DNA from: a virus
Lineage: Duplodnaviria; Heunggongvirae; Uroviricota; Caudoviricetes
Length of the DNA: 64,000 nt
Direction: 5' to 3' (one strand)
Virus record (IMG/VR): IMGVR_UViG_3300047388_000185
Coordinates: 128,738-192,737 of that record
The position numbers were made by a program, and so were the translations under genes. The notes under the pieces are model-generated. The model saw only the letters and a list, made by a program, of their open reading frames with translations. It was not told where the DNA came from and made no database searches. The number at the start of each line of letters is the position of its first letter. Within the stretch, counting starts at the first letter, position 1. Of this stretch, positions 1-8,416 are shown in pieces.

Positions 1-193
1 CCATTCATTTCAGCAAGATCGATACCCGGCGCTTGATTATTCGAGATGAGAAGGGGAATGTAATCTTCAGCTCGTCATATGAGTACACCGGCCTGGCAAG
101 CTTTTCGAACGAGGCTAACCGGGGGATAAAAAGTCTTTCACTGGATCCTCCTAGCTTCCAAGCCATCCAAATCACTGAACACAGGGCCTAAAC

Positions 194-484
194 ATGGGAC
201 AAGCAAAGAATCGCGGCACCGCCGCACAACGCCAAGCCGAGGCAATCGAAGCCGGTCGAATCAAGACCTCAGCGACACAAGCGTTTCACTCAATGCCAAG
301 TTTCGAGTTGAAGGGCTACAAAAAACCTCTGATCGAGCAATTGACGACACGGTCGAATGCATCGTCGGTGATTGGGGCTGCGACCATTCAATCTCCTCCT
401 CCGGAACCGTTCCATCAAATGGCCGAAACCACGATGGCTTCGCCGGAAGAGTTGGACCTACCTGGACCCCCGTTCGGGGGTTAA
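194..484 (+). CDS. hypothetical small protein
   Basis: 96-aa ORF, + strand like its neighbours; no recognisable motif. Confidence 0.35.
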   Translation: MGQAKNRGTAAQRQAEAIEAGRIKTSATQAFHSMPSFELKGYKKPLIEQLTTRSNASSVIGAATIQSPPPEPFHQMAETTMASPEELDLPGPPFGG

Positions 485-488
485 AGAA

Positions 489-758
489 ATGACCCTCAAC
501 TTCCGCGCCTTCCTCTTTGTCGTCTTGGTAGTCGTCTGCTGCTTCAAGGCATTCGCCAGTCCACCGGCAGTACTCACAGGGCTGTACTACAAGACCGCTG
601 GGGCCCCCGTAGCAGCCTCGGCAGTAGCTACCCAGCCTAAGGCGTCTTCAAGCCCTGTAAACGCCGATCCTGGCTTTTCTGGCCCAGCCACCGCACTGAT
701 TCTGTCGGCCGTTGGCTGTGCCTTCATCCTCGCTATCGTACTCTGTCTAAGGAAATAG
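489..758 (+). CDS. small membrane protein (two predicted TM helices)
   Basis: ATG at 489 directly after the previous stop; hydrophobic segments FLFVVLVVVCCF and ALILSAVGCAFILAIVLCL. Confidence 0.4.
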   Translation: MTLNFRAFLFVVLVVVCCFKAFASPPAVLTGLYYKTAGAPVAASAVATQPKASSSPVNADPGFSGPATALILSAVGCAFILAIVLCLRK

Positions 759-1140
759 CAATATGATCGCTCAAAATTGGAATTCTTTCGGACCCATCGA
801 GGGAGAAGAAGACTTGATCGTTCAGATCGAGGAAAACGTTAAGGAGGCCCCGGCGAAGCTGGGAGAAACTGTTTGGTTCGGATCCAAGCCATACGCGGCT
901 CCGACGTTTCGCCTGAAACTCTTGGGAGAAGACTAAGTGTTGGCTTGGCTTTGGAATCTCCTGATAGGGCAGTTCTGTAATCACAGGTGGAATACGGAAA
1001 AAACGGTGAGTCTCACTAATGATGATGGGGAGTCTATCGGAACCGTCAAACATCTGCATTGTCCAAACTGCGGCAATTGGAAAAAGAAGATAATGATGAA
1101 CTGCTGATTCCAGGATCAACTTCAATTCTCCTTGATTTCC

Positions 1141-1149
1141 TGGTATAAG
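1141..1149 (+). promoter_or_regulatory. TGGTATAAG promoter-like motif (extended -10-like), copy 1
   Basis: exact 9-mer in an intergenic gap 85 nt upstream of the 1226 ORF; one of 13 identical copies. Confidence 0.5.
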
Positions 1150-1225
1150 TAATTATCGTCAAGTATTATCTTGACGCCACAAAGGAAAGGGCGTAGTCTC
1201 TTTCTTTTTAGAAAGTTCAATTACA

Positions 1226-1465
1226 ATGTCTACCCCCTTCGCTCTTGCCATTTTCCTTGCTACGTTCGCTCTGGCAGCAGTTCCAGCCAGTCCACCAAAT
1301 TCATATCCTCCGGTCACAGAAAAAGAAGCCCGTAGTATCCTCACGATTCTCGGCCATCACTGTGACGGAACTGGCGCGATCGATTCTCTCGCCGTTGCGA
1401 CTGATGGCGCAGGCCCGCATTTGATAACTTGGAACAACGAAGAGCTTTGTGGGAAAAGGTCTTAA
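1226..1465 (+). CDS. small secreted/signal-peptide protein
   Basis: N-terminal hydrophobic signal-like segment (ALAIFLATFALAAVPA). Confidence 0.45.
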   Translation: MSTPFALAIFLATFALAAVPASPPNSYPPVTEKEARSILTILGHHCDGTGAIDSLAVATDGAGPHLITWNNEELCGKRS

Positions 1466-1490
1466 ACAATAATCCCCTAATCGGTTTTAC

Positions 1491-1808
1491 ATGGACTATC
1501 TAGACTACGATAATTCTAATCCAGGCTTACCAGGTGTATTTCGAGTAGGAGAACTTGAAGGGTCGACTGAGGGCAGAGGTTACTATCGAAAGTGGGATGG
1601 GCAAAGCTGGTATATGGTGTCGTACTCGGACACAATCTTATCGGCCCGGTTAAAAGATAAGAAATATGGATATGCCTGTGATGGTGAAACGAAACTATTC
1701 TACGTGGCTGATCTAGAAGGTAATCTAGTCGAACCTCGAGAAGCTCGGCGCATTGGGGATCCGCTTTGGAATTCCAGACCCGAACCTGAACAACTGGAGC
1801 TATTTTGA
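1491..1808 (+). CDS. small protein, paralog family A, C-terminal QLELF clamp-binding-like motif
   Basis: ends ...EPEQLELF*; shares the RKWDG..WY core with the next three ORFs. Confidence 0.6.
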   Translation: MDYLDYDNSNPGLPGVFRVGELEGSTEGRGYYRKWDGQSWYMVSYSDTILSARLKDKKYGYACDGETKLFYVADLEGNLVEPREARRIGDPLWNSRPEPEQLELF

Positions 1809-2095
1809 CGTATGATCTTAGGCACCCTGGTCCAGCTGGATACTATCTCTTTCGATACTCCGATGGAGCTAAAGCCTACCACCGCAAATGGGATGATGGT
1901 CACTGGTGGTATGGAAATCAACCGGAAACTACCCTAAAACAACTAGTAGGGAAGAAAACTGATGCCGTGCCAGACTGGAGGATAAACGAGTGGATCAAAC
2001 AGCGACACAGCGTAGAATTAGTCGCAGATCTTCACGGAAATCCGATTGCGACTGAGACCCATCCTATTCAAATCCAACTGGACTTATTCGAGTGA
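1805..2095 (+). CDS. small protein, paralog family A, C-terminal QLDLFE
   Basis: ends ...IQIQLDLFE*; YHRKWDDGHWWY core; ATGA overlap with the upstream ORF. Confidence 0.6.
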   Translation: MTYDLRHPGPAGYYLFRYSDGAKAYHRKWDDGHWWYGNQPETTLKQLVGKKTDAVPDWRINEWIKQRHSVELVADLHGNPIATETHPIQIQLDLFE

Positions 2096-2346
2096 AATAC
2101 ACAGAAGTCACAATTCCAGGGATATATGCATTCCTACTGCCGGACGGGACCGTGGACTGGTATCGGAAGTTCGATGGAATCAATTGGTATACCGGTCATG
2201 GTAGTCCAAAAAAGGCTGCCAAGGTAGATAGTGAGGCTGATAGTGAGAGAGTTTCACGTTGGGCAGCCCAGTACAGTCTAGTTGAGCACGCGGCGGATAT
2301 CAATGGAGATCCCTGGGCCGAATTTATTCAACCCATTCAAACTTAA
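2092..2346 (+). CDS. small protein, paralog family A; QLDLF motif cut off by an in-frame TAA
   Basis: WYRKFDGINWY core; ORF ends ...IQPIQT* but the same frame continues LDLF* (caa ACT TAA ctg gac tta ttc taa). Confidence 0.5.
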   Translation: MKYTEVTIPGIYAFLLPDGTVDWYRKFDGINWYTGHGSPKKAAKVDSEADSERVSRWAAQYSLVEHAADINGDPWAEFIQPIQT

Positions 2347-2360
2347 CTGGACTTATTCTA

Positions 2361-2630
2361 ATGGCAATACCGAATAGTACTGACCCGGGTATTTACTACG
2401 TTGTCACACGTTTGGACAACGGTTATTTCCGTAAATGGGACGGGGAGAGATGGTATACAAATGGCACAACCTTGGAGGCTGCGATCCACAAAGATTGGCG
2501 AAGTTTCGAGCAATCGTTTTATCTCAGTAAAATCAAAGAAGCCGTCTCCGTAACCCTAGTCGCCAATTTCGATGGTACTCCGTTGGAAGCGCCGAGAGAA
2601 TCTTTTCAACAACTCGATCTATTTCAATAA
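2361..2630 (+). CDS. small protein, paralog family A, C-terminal QQLDLFQ
   Basis: YFRKWDGERWY core; ends ...ESFQQLDLFQ*. Confidence 0.6.
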   Translation: MAIPNSTDPGIYYVVTRLDNGYFRKWDGERWYTNGTTLEAAIHKDWRSFEQSFYLSKIKEAVSVTLVANFDGTPLEAPRESFQQLDLFQ

Positions 2631-2643
2631 TAGTAAGAGCCTG

Positions 2644-2652
2644 TGGTATAAG
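2644..2652 (+). promoter_or_regulatory. TGGTATAAG promoter-like motif, copy 2
   Basis: intergenic, 39 nt upstream of the 2691 ORF. Confidence 0.5.
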
Positions 2653-2690
2653 GAAGTAATAGAGCCTATGCTTAAACCCGAGGGATTATC

Positions 2691-3368
2691 ATGAACAGAG
2701 ACGACGAATGGTATAATTCCTTGGCAAACGGTGTTTATCCCATCCTGAAGTGCCCGGGATGTGGTCACGTTCCGAGACGGGACAACCTAAGAGACTCGCT
2801 GCACCCAACCCGTTTCACCCCGGATTGCCTCTTCGTCTTTGGTTGCCTAGTTTGTGAAGGTGGTTGCGATGACTGGCAAGTTCACGGACGTACGGCCAAG
2901 GAAGCAATTGATCGTTGGAACTGGGCTTCTCAGAATCCGCAAGAGCCGGATGTGCTCATCATACGACAATTGCACAAACAGATGGGTGACAGCATAGGAT
3001 TTTGGGCAAATCGCTACGAAGATACCTCCCAGAAGCTCAAAGAACAAACGGCTATCACCGAGTCTCTGAAACGTGACTTGGCAACTCTGCAAGGTCGCAC
3101 GGTTCAACCCTGCCCTGCCGCCAAGACGATGGGAGAGCACGCGTGTTCAAACCAGCATAACTGCTGGGAGCCGTGCGGAAGTCTAGGTAATGATAGCAGG
3201 TTTACCGTCGTCAGCCGCCGCAAAGATCCTAGCGTAATCTTCCGGGGAATCTCTGTCGTCAATGACGTAATCCCTGCCGATCCGGATCCAAAGAACCTTA
3301 CTGTCCGGCCTGCTCGCCGGGCTGAAGCATCTGTCGACAATGGTGAGCGTCGCCGTAAGACAGACTAA
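2691..3368 (+). CDS. zinc-ribbon protein (Lar-like restriction-alleviation family suspected)
   Basis: CPGCGH ... CLVCEGGCDD plus the AIDRWNW motif; weak family resemblance only. Confidence 0.4.
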   Translation: MNRDDEWYNSLANGVYPILKCPGCGHVPRRDNLRDSLHPTRFTPDCLFVFGCLVCEGGCDDWQVHGRTAKEAIDRWNWASQNPQEPDVLIIRQLHKQMGDSIGFWANRYEDTSQKLKEQTAITESLKRDLATLQGRTVQPCPAAKTMGEHACSNQHNCWEPCGSLGNDSRFTVVSRRKDPSVIFRGISVVNDVIPADPDPKNLTVRPARRAEASVDNGERRRKTD

Positions 3369-3402
3369 AGTTTCCTCAACCACACCTTACCAGGAGTTTG
3401 AA

Positions 3403-3954
3403 ATGCCCGGACCCATGAATCGTGCACCCGCACCAGCCAAACCTGTCGACCCTTTGAATATCCCGCTCGGTACTCGAGTCAAGGAAGAAATCACGGGCCT
3501 GATCGGGATCGTTGGGATGAAATCCTTCAACTCGGCGGGCAACATCCGCTACGCAGTTCAACCGATGGGCGACGGGACCAGTGTGCCAGAAGCCATCTGG
3601 TTCGACTACCACACGCTGCTGATCGTAGATGCAGGCGTCAGTGTTAGCGTCACTCCGATCACCAAACCAACGGCCATCCGGATGGGGGAGGAAGTCAAGC
3701 ACAAGATCTCCGGGGTCAAGGGTATCGTGACCGAGATGGTCGGCTTCATGAATGGCTGCCAACACTTGGTCGTCCAGGCGAAGAAGACAACGACCGAAGA
3801 CAAGCACTTCCGCACCGAAGACGATGTCGGTATGTGGGCTCGGCTCGGAGATGGTCTGGCCGGGCCTGTCGCCAAGCCCGCAGCCCCAAAGGTCAAGGAC
3901 CCCGTCGGCGGCCCCATGATCCGCATCGCTCGTCCCGTGGCCATGCGCCGCTGA
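3403..3954 (+). CDS. hypothetical protein with an internal duplicated KOW-like segment
   Basis: AGGAG RBS before ATG 3403; repeats GTRVKEEITGLIGIVGMKSF and GEEVKHKISGVKGIVTEMVGF. Confidence 0.45.
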   Translation: MPGPMNRAPAPAKPVDPLNIPLGTRVKEEITGLIGIVGMKSFNSAGNIRYAVQPMGDGTSVPEAIWFDYHTLLIVDAGVSVSVTPITKPTAIRMGEEVKHKISGVKGIVTEMVGFMNGCQHLVVQAKKTTTEDKHFRTEDDVGMWARLGDGLAGPVAKPAAPKVKDPVGGPMIRIARPVAMRR

Positions 3955-3965
3955 AAGGAACCGAC

Positions 3966-4307
3966 ATGATCGACAGCAAACTCCTGGGAGTCATACCCCT
4001 GAACCTGCTCAAGCCGGACTCGGACGAGTTCCTCATCGCCCTGGCGTGTCGTCTAGACGCCGGAGACGACTTCATGGACCTGGGTGATCAATGCGGCAAG
4101 AACGCGCAAACGATCGCCAAGCTAGCCGAAAAGGGTCGCAAGATCCGCGACCGGTTGATCCGCGAGGGATCAGAGCGCATGATCAAGGCCGTGCAGATGG
4201 GAGAAGTCCCACCGCCGAAGGTCGTTCAGCTCGTGGTGACACGAGTGACCTTCAACAGTCCTCCTCGGGGCCTGTACGTTCCAAATGCATCGACGATGGT
4301 GCACTGA
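3966..4307 (+). CDS. hypothetical protein
   Basis: AAGGA RBS before ATG 3966; inner start taken from the 3834 ORF. Confidence 0.4.
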   Translation: MIDSKLLGVIPLNLLKPDSDEFLIALACRLDAGDDFMDLGDQCGKNAQTIAKLAEKGRKIRDRLIREGSERMIKAVQMGEVPPPKVVQLVVTRVTFNSPPRGLYVPNASTMVH

Positions 4308-4349
4308 ACGATGTGCGGACGTGGAGCCGAAAGCGAAAGTAACTAGGCT

Positions 4350-4769
4350 TTGAAGCGCCGGCACTCCAGTCAGAGAAGATGGTTGAAACTACCCGCGATG
4401 GTGGAACTGAACTTCTCTGATGCTACTCAACCGCCAGTGAACCCTGAGATGTTGCCAGTTACTCTCTTGGACGACGGTTGGGTAGTTAGGAACTGGCTAC
4501 GGTTAAAGCATGGCAGACGGCCCGACTCACCAAATTGGACCGCATTATTGCCCGGTAGGTGGACAGACACGACACTTATATCGGTCAGTATAGAAGCAAC
4601 ACTTGGATCCCTCCAGAACTCGGCGCTGCCTAGGGACGGCTGGAGCAATAGAAGAGTGTTCGTCTGGGATGCAACCGACCCGGACCCAACTACGAAAACG
4701 TTGGGACAACTTTGTCAGGGGTCTCCTTGGGCAGTCAGCAACGACTACAATTGGCGACAAACGAAGTAG
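4350..4769 (+). CDS. hypothetical protein
   Basis: 139-aa ORF; start uncertain (alternative ATG at 4398). Confidence 0.3.
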   Translation: MKRRHSSQRRWLKLPAMVELNFSDATQPPVNPEMLPVTLLDDGWVVRNWLRLKHGRRPDSPNWTALLPGRWTDTTLISVSIEATLGSLQNSALPRDGWSNRRVFVWDATDPDPTTKTLGQLCQGSPWAVSNDYNWRQTK

Positions 4770-4890
4770 CCCCAAAAACTGGGTGAACCAAGATCCCAAC
4801 CGGTGTTCCCGGTGCCTGCACTGGGCTGCACAATGCAGGCGGAGCCCTGACACCAGCTCCCAGTTTTTCATTTCACCCCTGGAGTTTTAC

Positions 4891-5862
4891 ATGTTTCTTC
4901 TAGCACTATTCGCAGTTCTGGCCACGAGTTTCGTTGGCTGGTGCGTTCTCGGCATCAGCGCCGTCATGGTCATTTGGTTGGTGGCTCGTATCCACCAAGA
5001 ATTCTCGGGAGGCAGTGGAACGAAAAAGCTCTGGCCGACCATCTGGTTCTTGACCATTCCAACGCTCTATCTCTTCGTGGCGGCACAGAAGCCTGCCACC
5101 TTTCCGGACGGTGGTCAAGCTGCAGTCGGCTTCGTTGCGAACATGTGGGCCCATCTGACGGTCTGGAATGCCTTGGGCTTCCTCGGTTCCTACGTTGGTA
5201 TCGGCCTACTATACTCTCTCTTCGAGATGCGCGTGACGTTGTGGCGTGACAAGAAGAGCGTGGTGACGAAGTTCGAAGGCTACATCGGCCAGGACATCAA
5301 GAAGGAATTTCTCTACTGGCTGAACAAGTCGCTGGGAAGTTCACAAACGGGCAATGAAGATCCGACCCTGTCCGCAGCCAAAACGGCCGCTGCTTCGGCA
5401 ATCGCCAGCTCTTCGTCCCAGTTCGTCGCCGTGGAAGTGAAGTTCCGGACCTGGCTGCATTTGCTCCCGGAGAAGTTCACTCTCGCAGAAGCATTCATCC
5501 GTAACGCCAACCCGAAAGTGTTGTTGGCAGAAGCGGAACAAGCTTTCAAGGACGACGTTGCCAAGTTCGAAGCCGGCCTGAAGGAGTTCCTGTCCCTGTA
5601 CAACCACGCCAGCTTCAATCCGTACACGGCGTACCTGGAACTGAAGATGAACACGACCGGTGCGCTCGACGTGTCGATCAAGAAGGCTGACCTGACGATC
5701 TGTCTGGCCAACTGGACGTTCTGGTGGCCGGGCTACGGACTGAACTTCGTGTTCGGTGACATGTTCGAAGCCATCTTCACGCGCCTGTCGGCCTGGATTG
5801 TCAAGATCTACGGCGGCTACGTTCAGAAGTACTTCGCGGACATCATGGCCGTGAAGGTGTAA
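4891..5862 (+). CDS. integral membrane protein with a C-terminal soluble domain
   Basis: GGAG RBS before ATG 4891; 4-5 hydrophobic helices at the N-terminus; high GC. Confidence 0.5.
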   Translation: MFLLALFAVLATSFVGWCVLGISAVMVIWLVARIHQEFSGGSGTKKLWPTIWFLTIPTLYLFVAAQKPATFPDGGQAAVGFVANMWAHLTVWNALGFLGSYVGIGLLYSLFEMRVTLWRDKKSVVTKFEGYIGQDIKKEFLYWLNKSLGSSQTGNEDPTLSAAKTAAASAIASSSSQFVAVEVKFRTWLHLLPEKFTLAEAFIRNANPKVLLAEAEQAFKDDVAKFEAGLKEFLSLYNHASFNPYTAYLELKMNTTGALDVSIKKADLTICLANWTFWWPGYGLNFVFGDMFEAIFTRLSAWIVKIYGGYVQKYFADIMAVKV

Positions 5863-6360
5863 GAGTCCTGGATTGCGGCGCCGCTTGAGGTTGGCGCGTT
5901 CTAGGTTGGGAACCCCGGTGACAGACGGGTTCCTGCTTCTGTCTCCACGCGGGAGACGCCGGACAAGTAACCGGACGGCTAGACCTTTGTTCGTAACTGA
6001 CATTAATCGAGCCCTTCGTGAGGTGGGCACCCATGCAGTAGTTTGACCCCCAAAGCTGAACAGGCAAACTCTAATGCGCGAAATCCTGTAGCGATGCCGT
6101 AGTCGCAAGGTCGAGGTGCTCAATGCGAGACTCGTAACCCAACGGTAGTCCGTGCCAAAGCGAAAGCAGGCCGGGCCGCTCTGAAAAGAGTGTTATACAA
6201 GTGTGAAGATGTGAATTCTGACGCGCAATACTAGTCATACATTATGTTATGAGCTAGTTTGTGTTTCGCTGGATAAGTAACCAGCATTCCGGAGGCGGCC
6301 CACTCTGCCTTAAATGGCATCTTGTCGTCTCCGGTCTTAACCCCAAACAACGTTTTAGCG
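5863..6360. other. 500-bp GC-rich ORF-free region with multiple hairpins (candidate structured RNA or regulatory region)
   Basis: only short overlapping antisense ORFs in the track; stems such as GGAACCC/GGGTTCC and TCTCC/GGAGA. Confidence 0.3.
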
Positions 6361-6369
6361 AGGCACGAA

Positions 6370-6762
6370 ATGGCCAAGTACGAAAAGGGGCGACGTTGCC
6401 TCGTGTTGAATCACACCCACGACCGTTCGATCATCGGACATGAAGTGATCCTCGGGGACCGAGCACAGACTGGAAGGGTTTCAGACGGACGCGGCGGGTT
6501 CGAAGCCTCTGGTCTATTCTGGAGAACCGATCCTCCGATCTTCGTCCCCGGACACCCAAACTTTCAGCTGGTCTTTCGTGAGCCTTGGCTCTTCCCGATC
6601 GATGACGAGACGATCAATGAAGAACTTCGCAATGAAGTAGTTGACGATCCAGGGACGAAGAGGGTAGAATTAGATACTGCGTTCAAGAAATTGGATAAAG
6701 CGCTCAGTGATCTAGAAGAGCATTTGAAGAGAAGACTAGCAGAAAAGAAGCAAGCGATCTAA
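6370..6762 (+). CDS. hypothetical protein
   Basis: GAGG RBS before ATG 6370. Confidence 0.4.
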   Translation: MAKYEKGRRCLVLNHTHDRSIIGHEVILGDRAQTGRVSDGRGGFEASGLFWRTDPPIFVPGHPNFQLVFREPWLFPIDDETINEELRNEVVDDPGTKRVELDTAFKKLDKALSDLEEHLKRRLAEKKQAI

Positions 6763-6781
6763 GATCGTCAAGTAAAAGTAC

Positions 6782-6870
6782 GGAAATGTGGGCGAGAGGC
6801 TTATGCCAGCACCCTGCTAAGGTGCCGATCCCAGCAATGGGATCCGAAAGTTCGAATCTTTCCATTTCCG
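6782..6870 (+). tRNA. tRNA-Ser (anticodon GCT), class II with long variable arm
   Basis: perfect 7-bp acceptor GGAAATG/CATTTCC; anticodon stem GCACC/GGTGC with loop CTGCTAA; variable arm GATCCC-AGCAAT-GGGATC; T-arm GAAAG-TTCGAAT-CTTTC; CCA encoded. Confidence 0.7.
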
Positions 6871-6882
6871 CCAAGAATAAAT

Positions 6883-6967
6883 GGATGTGTACTCAAGTGG
6901 TTTACGAGAACGGTCTTGAAAACCGTCGGCTGGCAACGGTCCGTGAGTTCGAATCTCACCACATCCT
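6883..6967 (+). tRNA. tRNA-Ser (anticodon TGA), class II
   Basis: acceptor GGATGTG/CACATCC; anticodon stem ACGGT/ACCGT with loop CTTGAAA; T-arm GTGAG-TTCGAAT-CTCAC; CCA encoded. Confidence 0.7.
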
Positions 6968-6990
6968 CCAAACAACGCTCCAGAGGAGCC

Positions 6991-7350
6991 ATGCAAAAAT
7001 ACAATAAAACCCCGCTGATCGCAGGCATGCGCTGTTTGATTATCGCCTCGAAGACGAAGGCTCATCTTGGCCGAGAAGTTATCTTAGTTCGGACCTATGA
7101 ACTCAACGGGGGCAGAACGTACTGGGAAACTTCTCCGCAGCTAATTCGTATTGCCGAGGACGGGGAGAGGAAGGTCGTAGGCCTCACGTCAGGTTGCTTC
7201 CTGGCTCTAGACGAGCCCAAGATTCACGGTGAGTTGACCATCGAGCGCCGTGAAGACTGCAAGGCCGACCCTCGCATGGCCGGCTATATCCTCGGCAAGG
7301 AAGCTGCCTACAACTGGAAACAGAACAATCCCGGCGCTTCTGCCGGCTAA
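6991..7350 (+). CDS. hypothetical protein
   Basis: GGAG RBS before ATG 6991; the longer upstream ORF extension would overlap the tRNA. Confidence 0.4.
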   Translation: MQKYNKTPLIAGMRCLIIASKTKAHLGREVILVRTYELNGGRTYWETSPQLIRIAEDGERKVVGLTSGCFLALDEPKIHGELTIERREDCKADPRMAGYILGKEAAYNWKQNNPGASAG

Positions 7351-7497
7351 GTTATGCCCGGACTTCACCGAAACGCTTGCAACTAAGGTAAATTAAGCCC
7401 TGGAAATATTCAGGCCTAAAGCCAAGTCAAGCGCCACGTAAGTGAAGTTCGGGCACCACTCGCCCGTTTCTTTTTGTTCAACAATATCAGTCGATAC

Positions 7498-7506
7498 TGG
7501 TATAAG
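7498..7506 (+). promoter_or_regulatory. TGGTATAAG promoter-like motif, copy 3
   Basis: 12 nt upstream of the GTG 7519 start and overlapping its AAGGAG RBS. Confidence 0.45.
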
Positions 7507-7518
7507 AAGGAGTTAGTC

Positions 7519-7800
7519 GTGAGTGAAAATGTCTCGTATGTAGTTCTATTTACCATCTGCGTCCTCGCTTGGAACGTAAGCGACTGGATCGAAAAGTGGA
7601 AGGGACGCCCTGCTGAAGAAGACTGGGAACCCAGCGATGAAGAAATGTTTCAGCTCGGCTATCAAACCACTGCGGGACATCTCCTACAGGGTCATCCGAT
7701 CGATACTCTGAAGGAAGATCTGAGTCACGAATGGTCCACTGCTTTTGACAATGGAATTACCGTCGCAATCAATGCCTGGAAAGAGAAGGTGAAAGCATGA
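7519..7800 (+). CDS. small membrane protein
   Basis: GTG start with AAGGAG RBS at 7506-7511; hydrophobic N-terminus. Confidence 0.4.
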   Translation: MSENVSYVVLFTICVLAWNVSDWIEKWKGRPAEEDWEPSDEEMFQLGYQTTAGHLLQGHPIDTLKEDLSHEWSTAFDNGITVAINAWKEKVKA

Positions 7801-8093
7801 AGCTCGCAGTAATTTGGAGCCTCGGTATACTCACGGCTTTGGCGGGAGTGCTGGTTGGATGTAAGGCTGAAACGGAAGAACGCACTAGTCAATACGTCCT
7901 ACCTAATGGGCTACAGGATTGCAAGATCTATAAGATGGTCGGGGAAAACGGAGATTCGATGAAGGTGATGCGTTGCCCCAATAGCTCCACAACAACTACC
8001 TACGAAACGGGGGGTAAGTCCAAAACTACCCATACCGAAATCATCATCGACGGTGTAACGTATATTCCCTCGGATAAAGAGGTGAAACAATGA
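7797..8093 (+). CDS. lipoprotein (lipobox LVGC), paralog 1
   Basis: signal peptide plus LVG|C; C-terminus ...IIIDGVTYIP matches the next ORF. Confidence 0.55.
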   Translation: MKLAVIWSLGILTALAGVLVGCKAETEERTSQYVLPNGLQDCKIYKMVGENGDSMKVMRCPNSSTTTTYETGGKSKTTHTEIIIDGVTYIPSDKEVKQ

Positions 8094-8416
8094 AAACTCA
8101 AATCAATCGATGGATACTCGCTGCTCTTATGGCCATAGCAGGGCTGCTGGTCGGAGGATGTGTGCCCCCAACGTCAACGAATCCTGACAACACGGGTCAA
8201 TACGCAGTGCCTCAATCTCTGCCTGCCGGATACGAAGGTTGTACGGCAAATTTCATTCACGGCCCCGGTGCCCAGCAGTACCAAGGCTATGTCGTCCAAT
8301 GTAGCGGCAATCAGACGACAATCGAGACACATAAGACTGGGAAAACGAATGTAACAACTGTTACTATCAACGGTGTCACCTACGCCCCAGTCGCAGCCTC
8401 TGGAGCCGACCAGTGA
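8090..8416 (+). CDS. lipoprotein (lipobox LVGGC), paralog 2
   Basis: signal peptide plus lipobox; C-terminus ...VTINGVTYAP. Confidence 0.55.
   Translation: MKTQINRWILAALMAIAGLLVGGCVPPTSTNPDNTGQYAVPQSLPAGYEGCTANFIHGPGAQQYQGYVVQCSGNQTTIETHKTGKTNVTTVTINGVTYAPVAASGADQ

Noticed and set aside
372-758. 128-aa ORF overlapping 194..484
   Set aside because: Its first 39 codons overlap the upstream ORF in another frame. The membrane-protein part is better explained by an ATG at 489 directly after the upstream stop.
733-1125. 130-aa minus-strand ORF
   Set aside because: Two short + strand ORFs cover the same span (763-936, and 937-1108 with a CxxC...CxxC zinc-ribbon-like motif) and fit the genome's strand bias. 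Neither strand could be confirmed, so no call was made.
5341-6123. 260-aa minus-strand ORF, plus 5313..5711 and 5843..6067
   Set aside because: They are antisense to the 4891..5862 membrane-protein gene and to the GC-rich noncoding region. Their composition is Arg/Gly-rich, typical of GC-rich antisense frames.
5863-6360. Possible tmRNA or group-I intron in the GC-rich noncoding region
   Set aside because: No tRNA-like 3' end with CCA, no plausible tag reading frame ending in a hydrophobic A/V-A-A followed by a stop, and no flanking split gene. It was kept only as 'possible structured RNA'.
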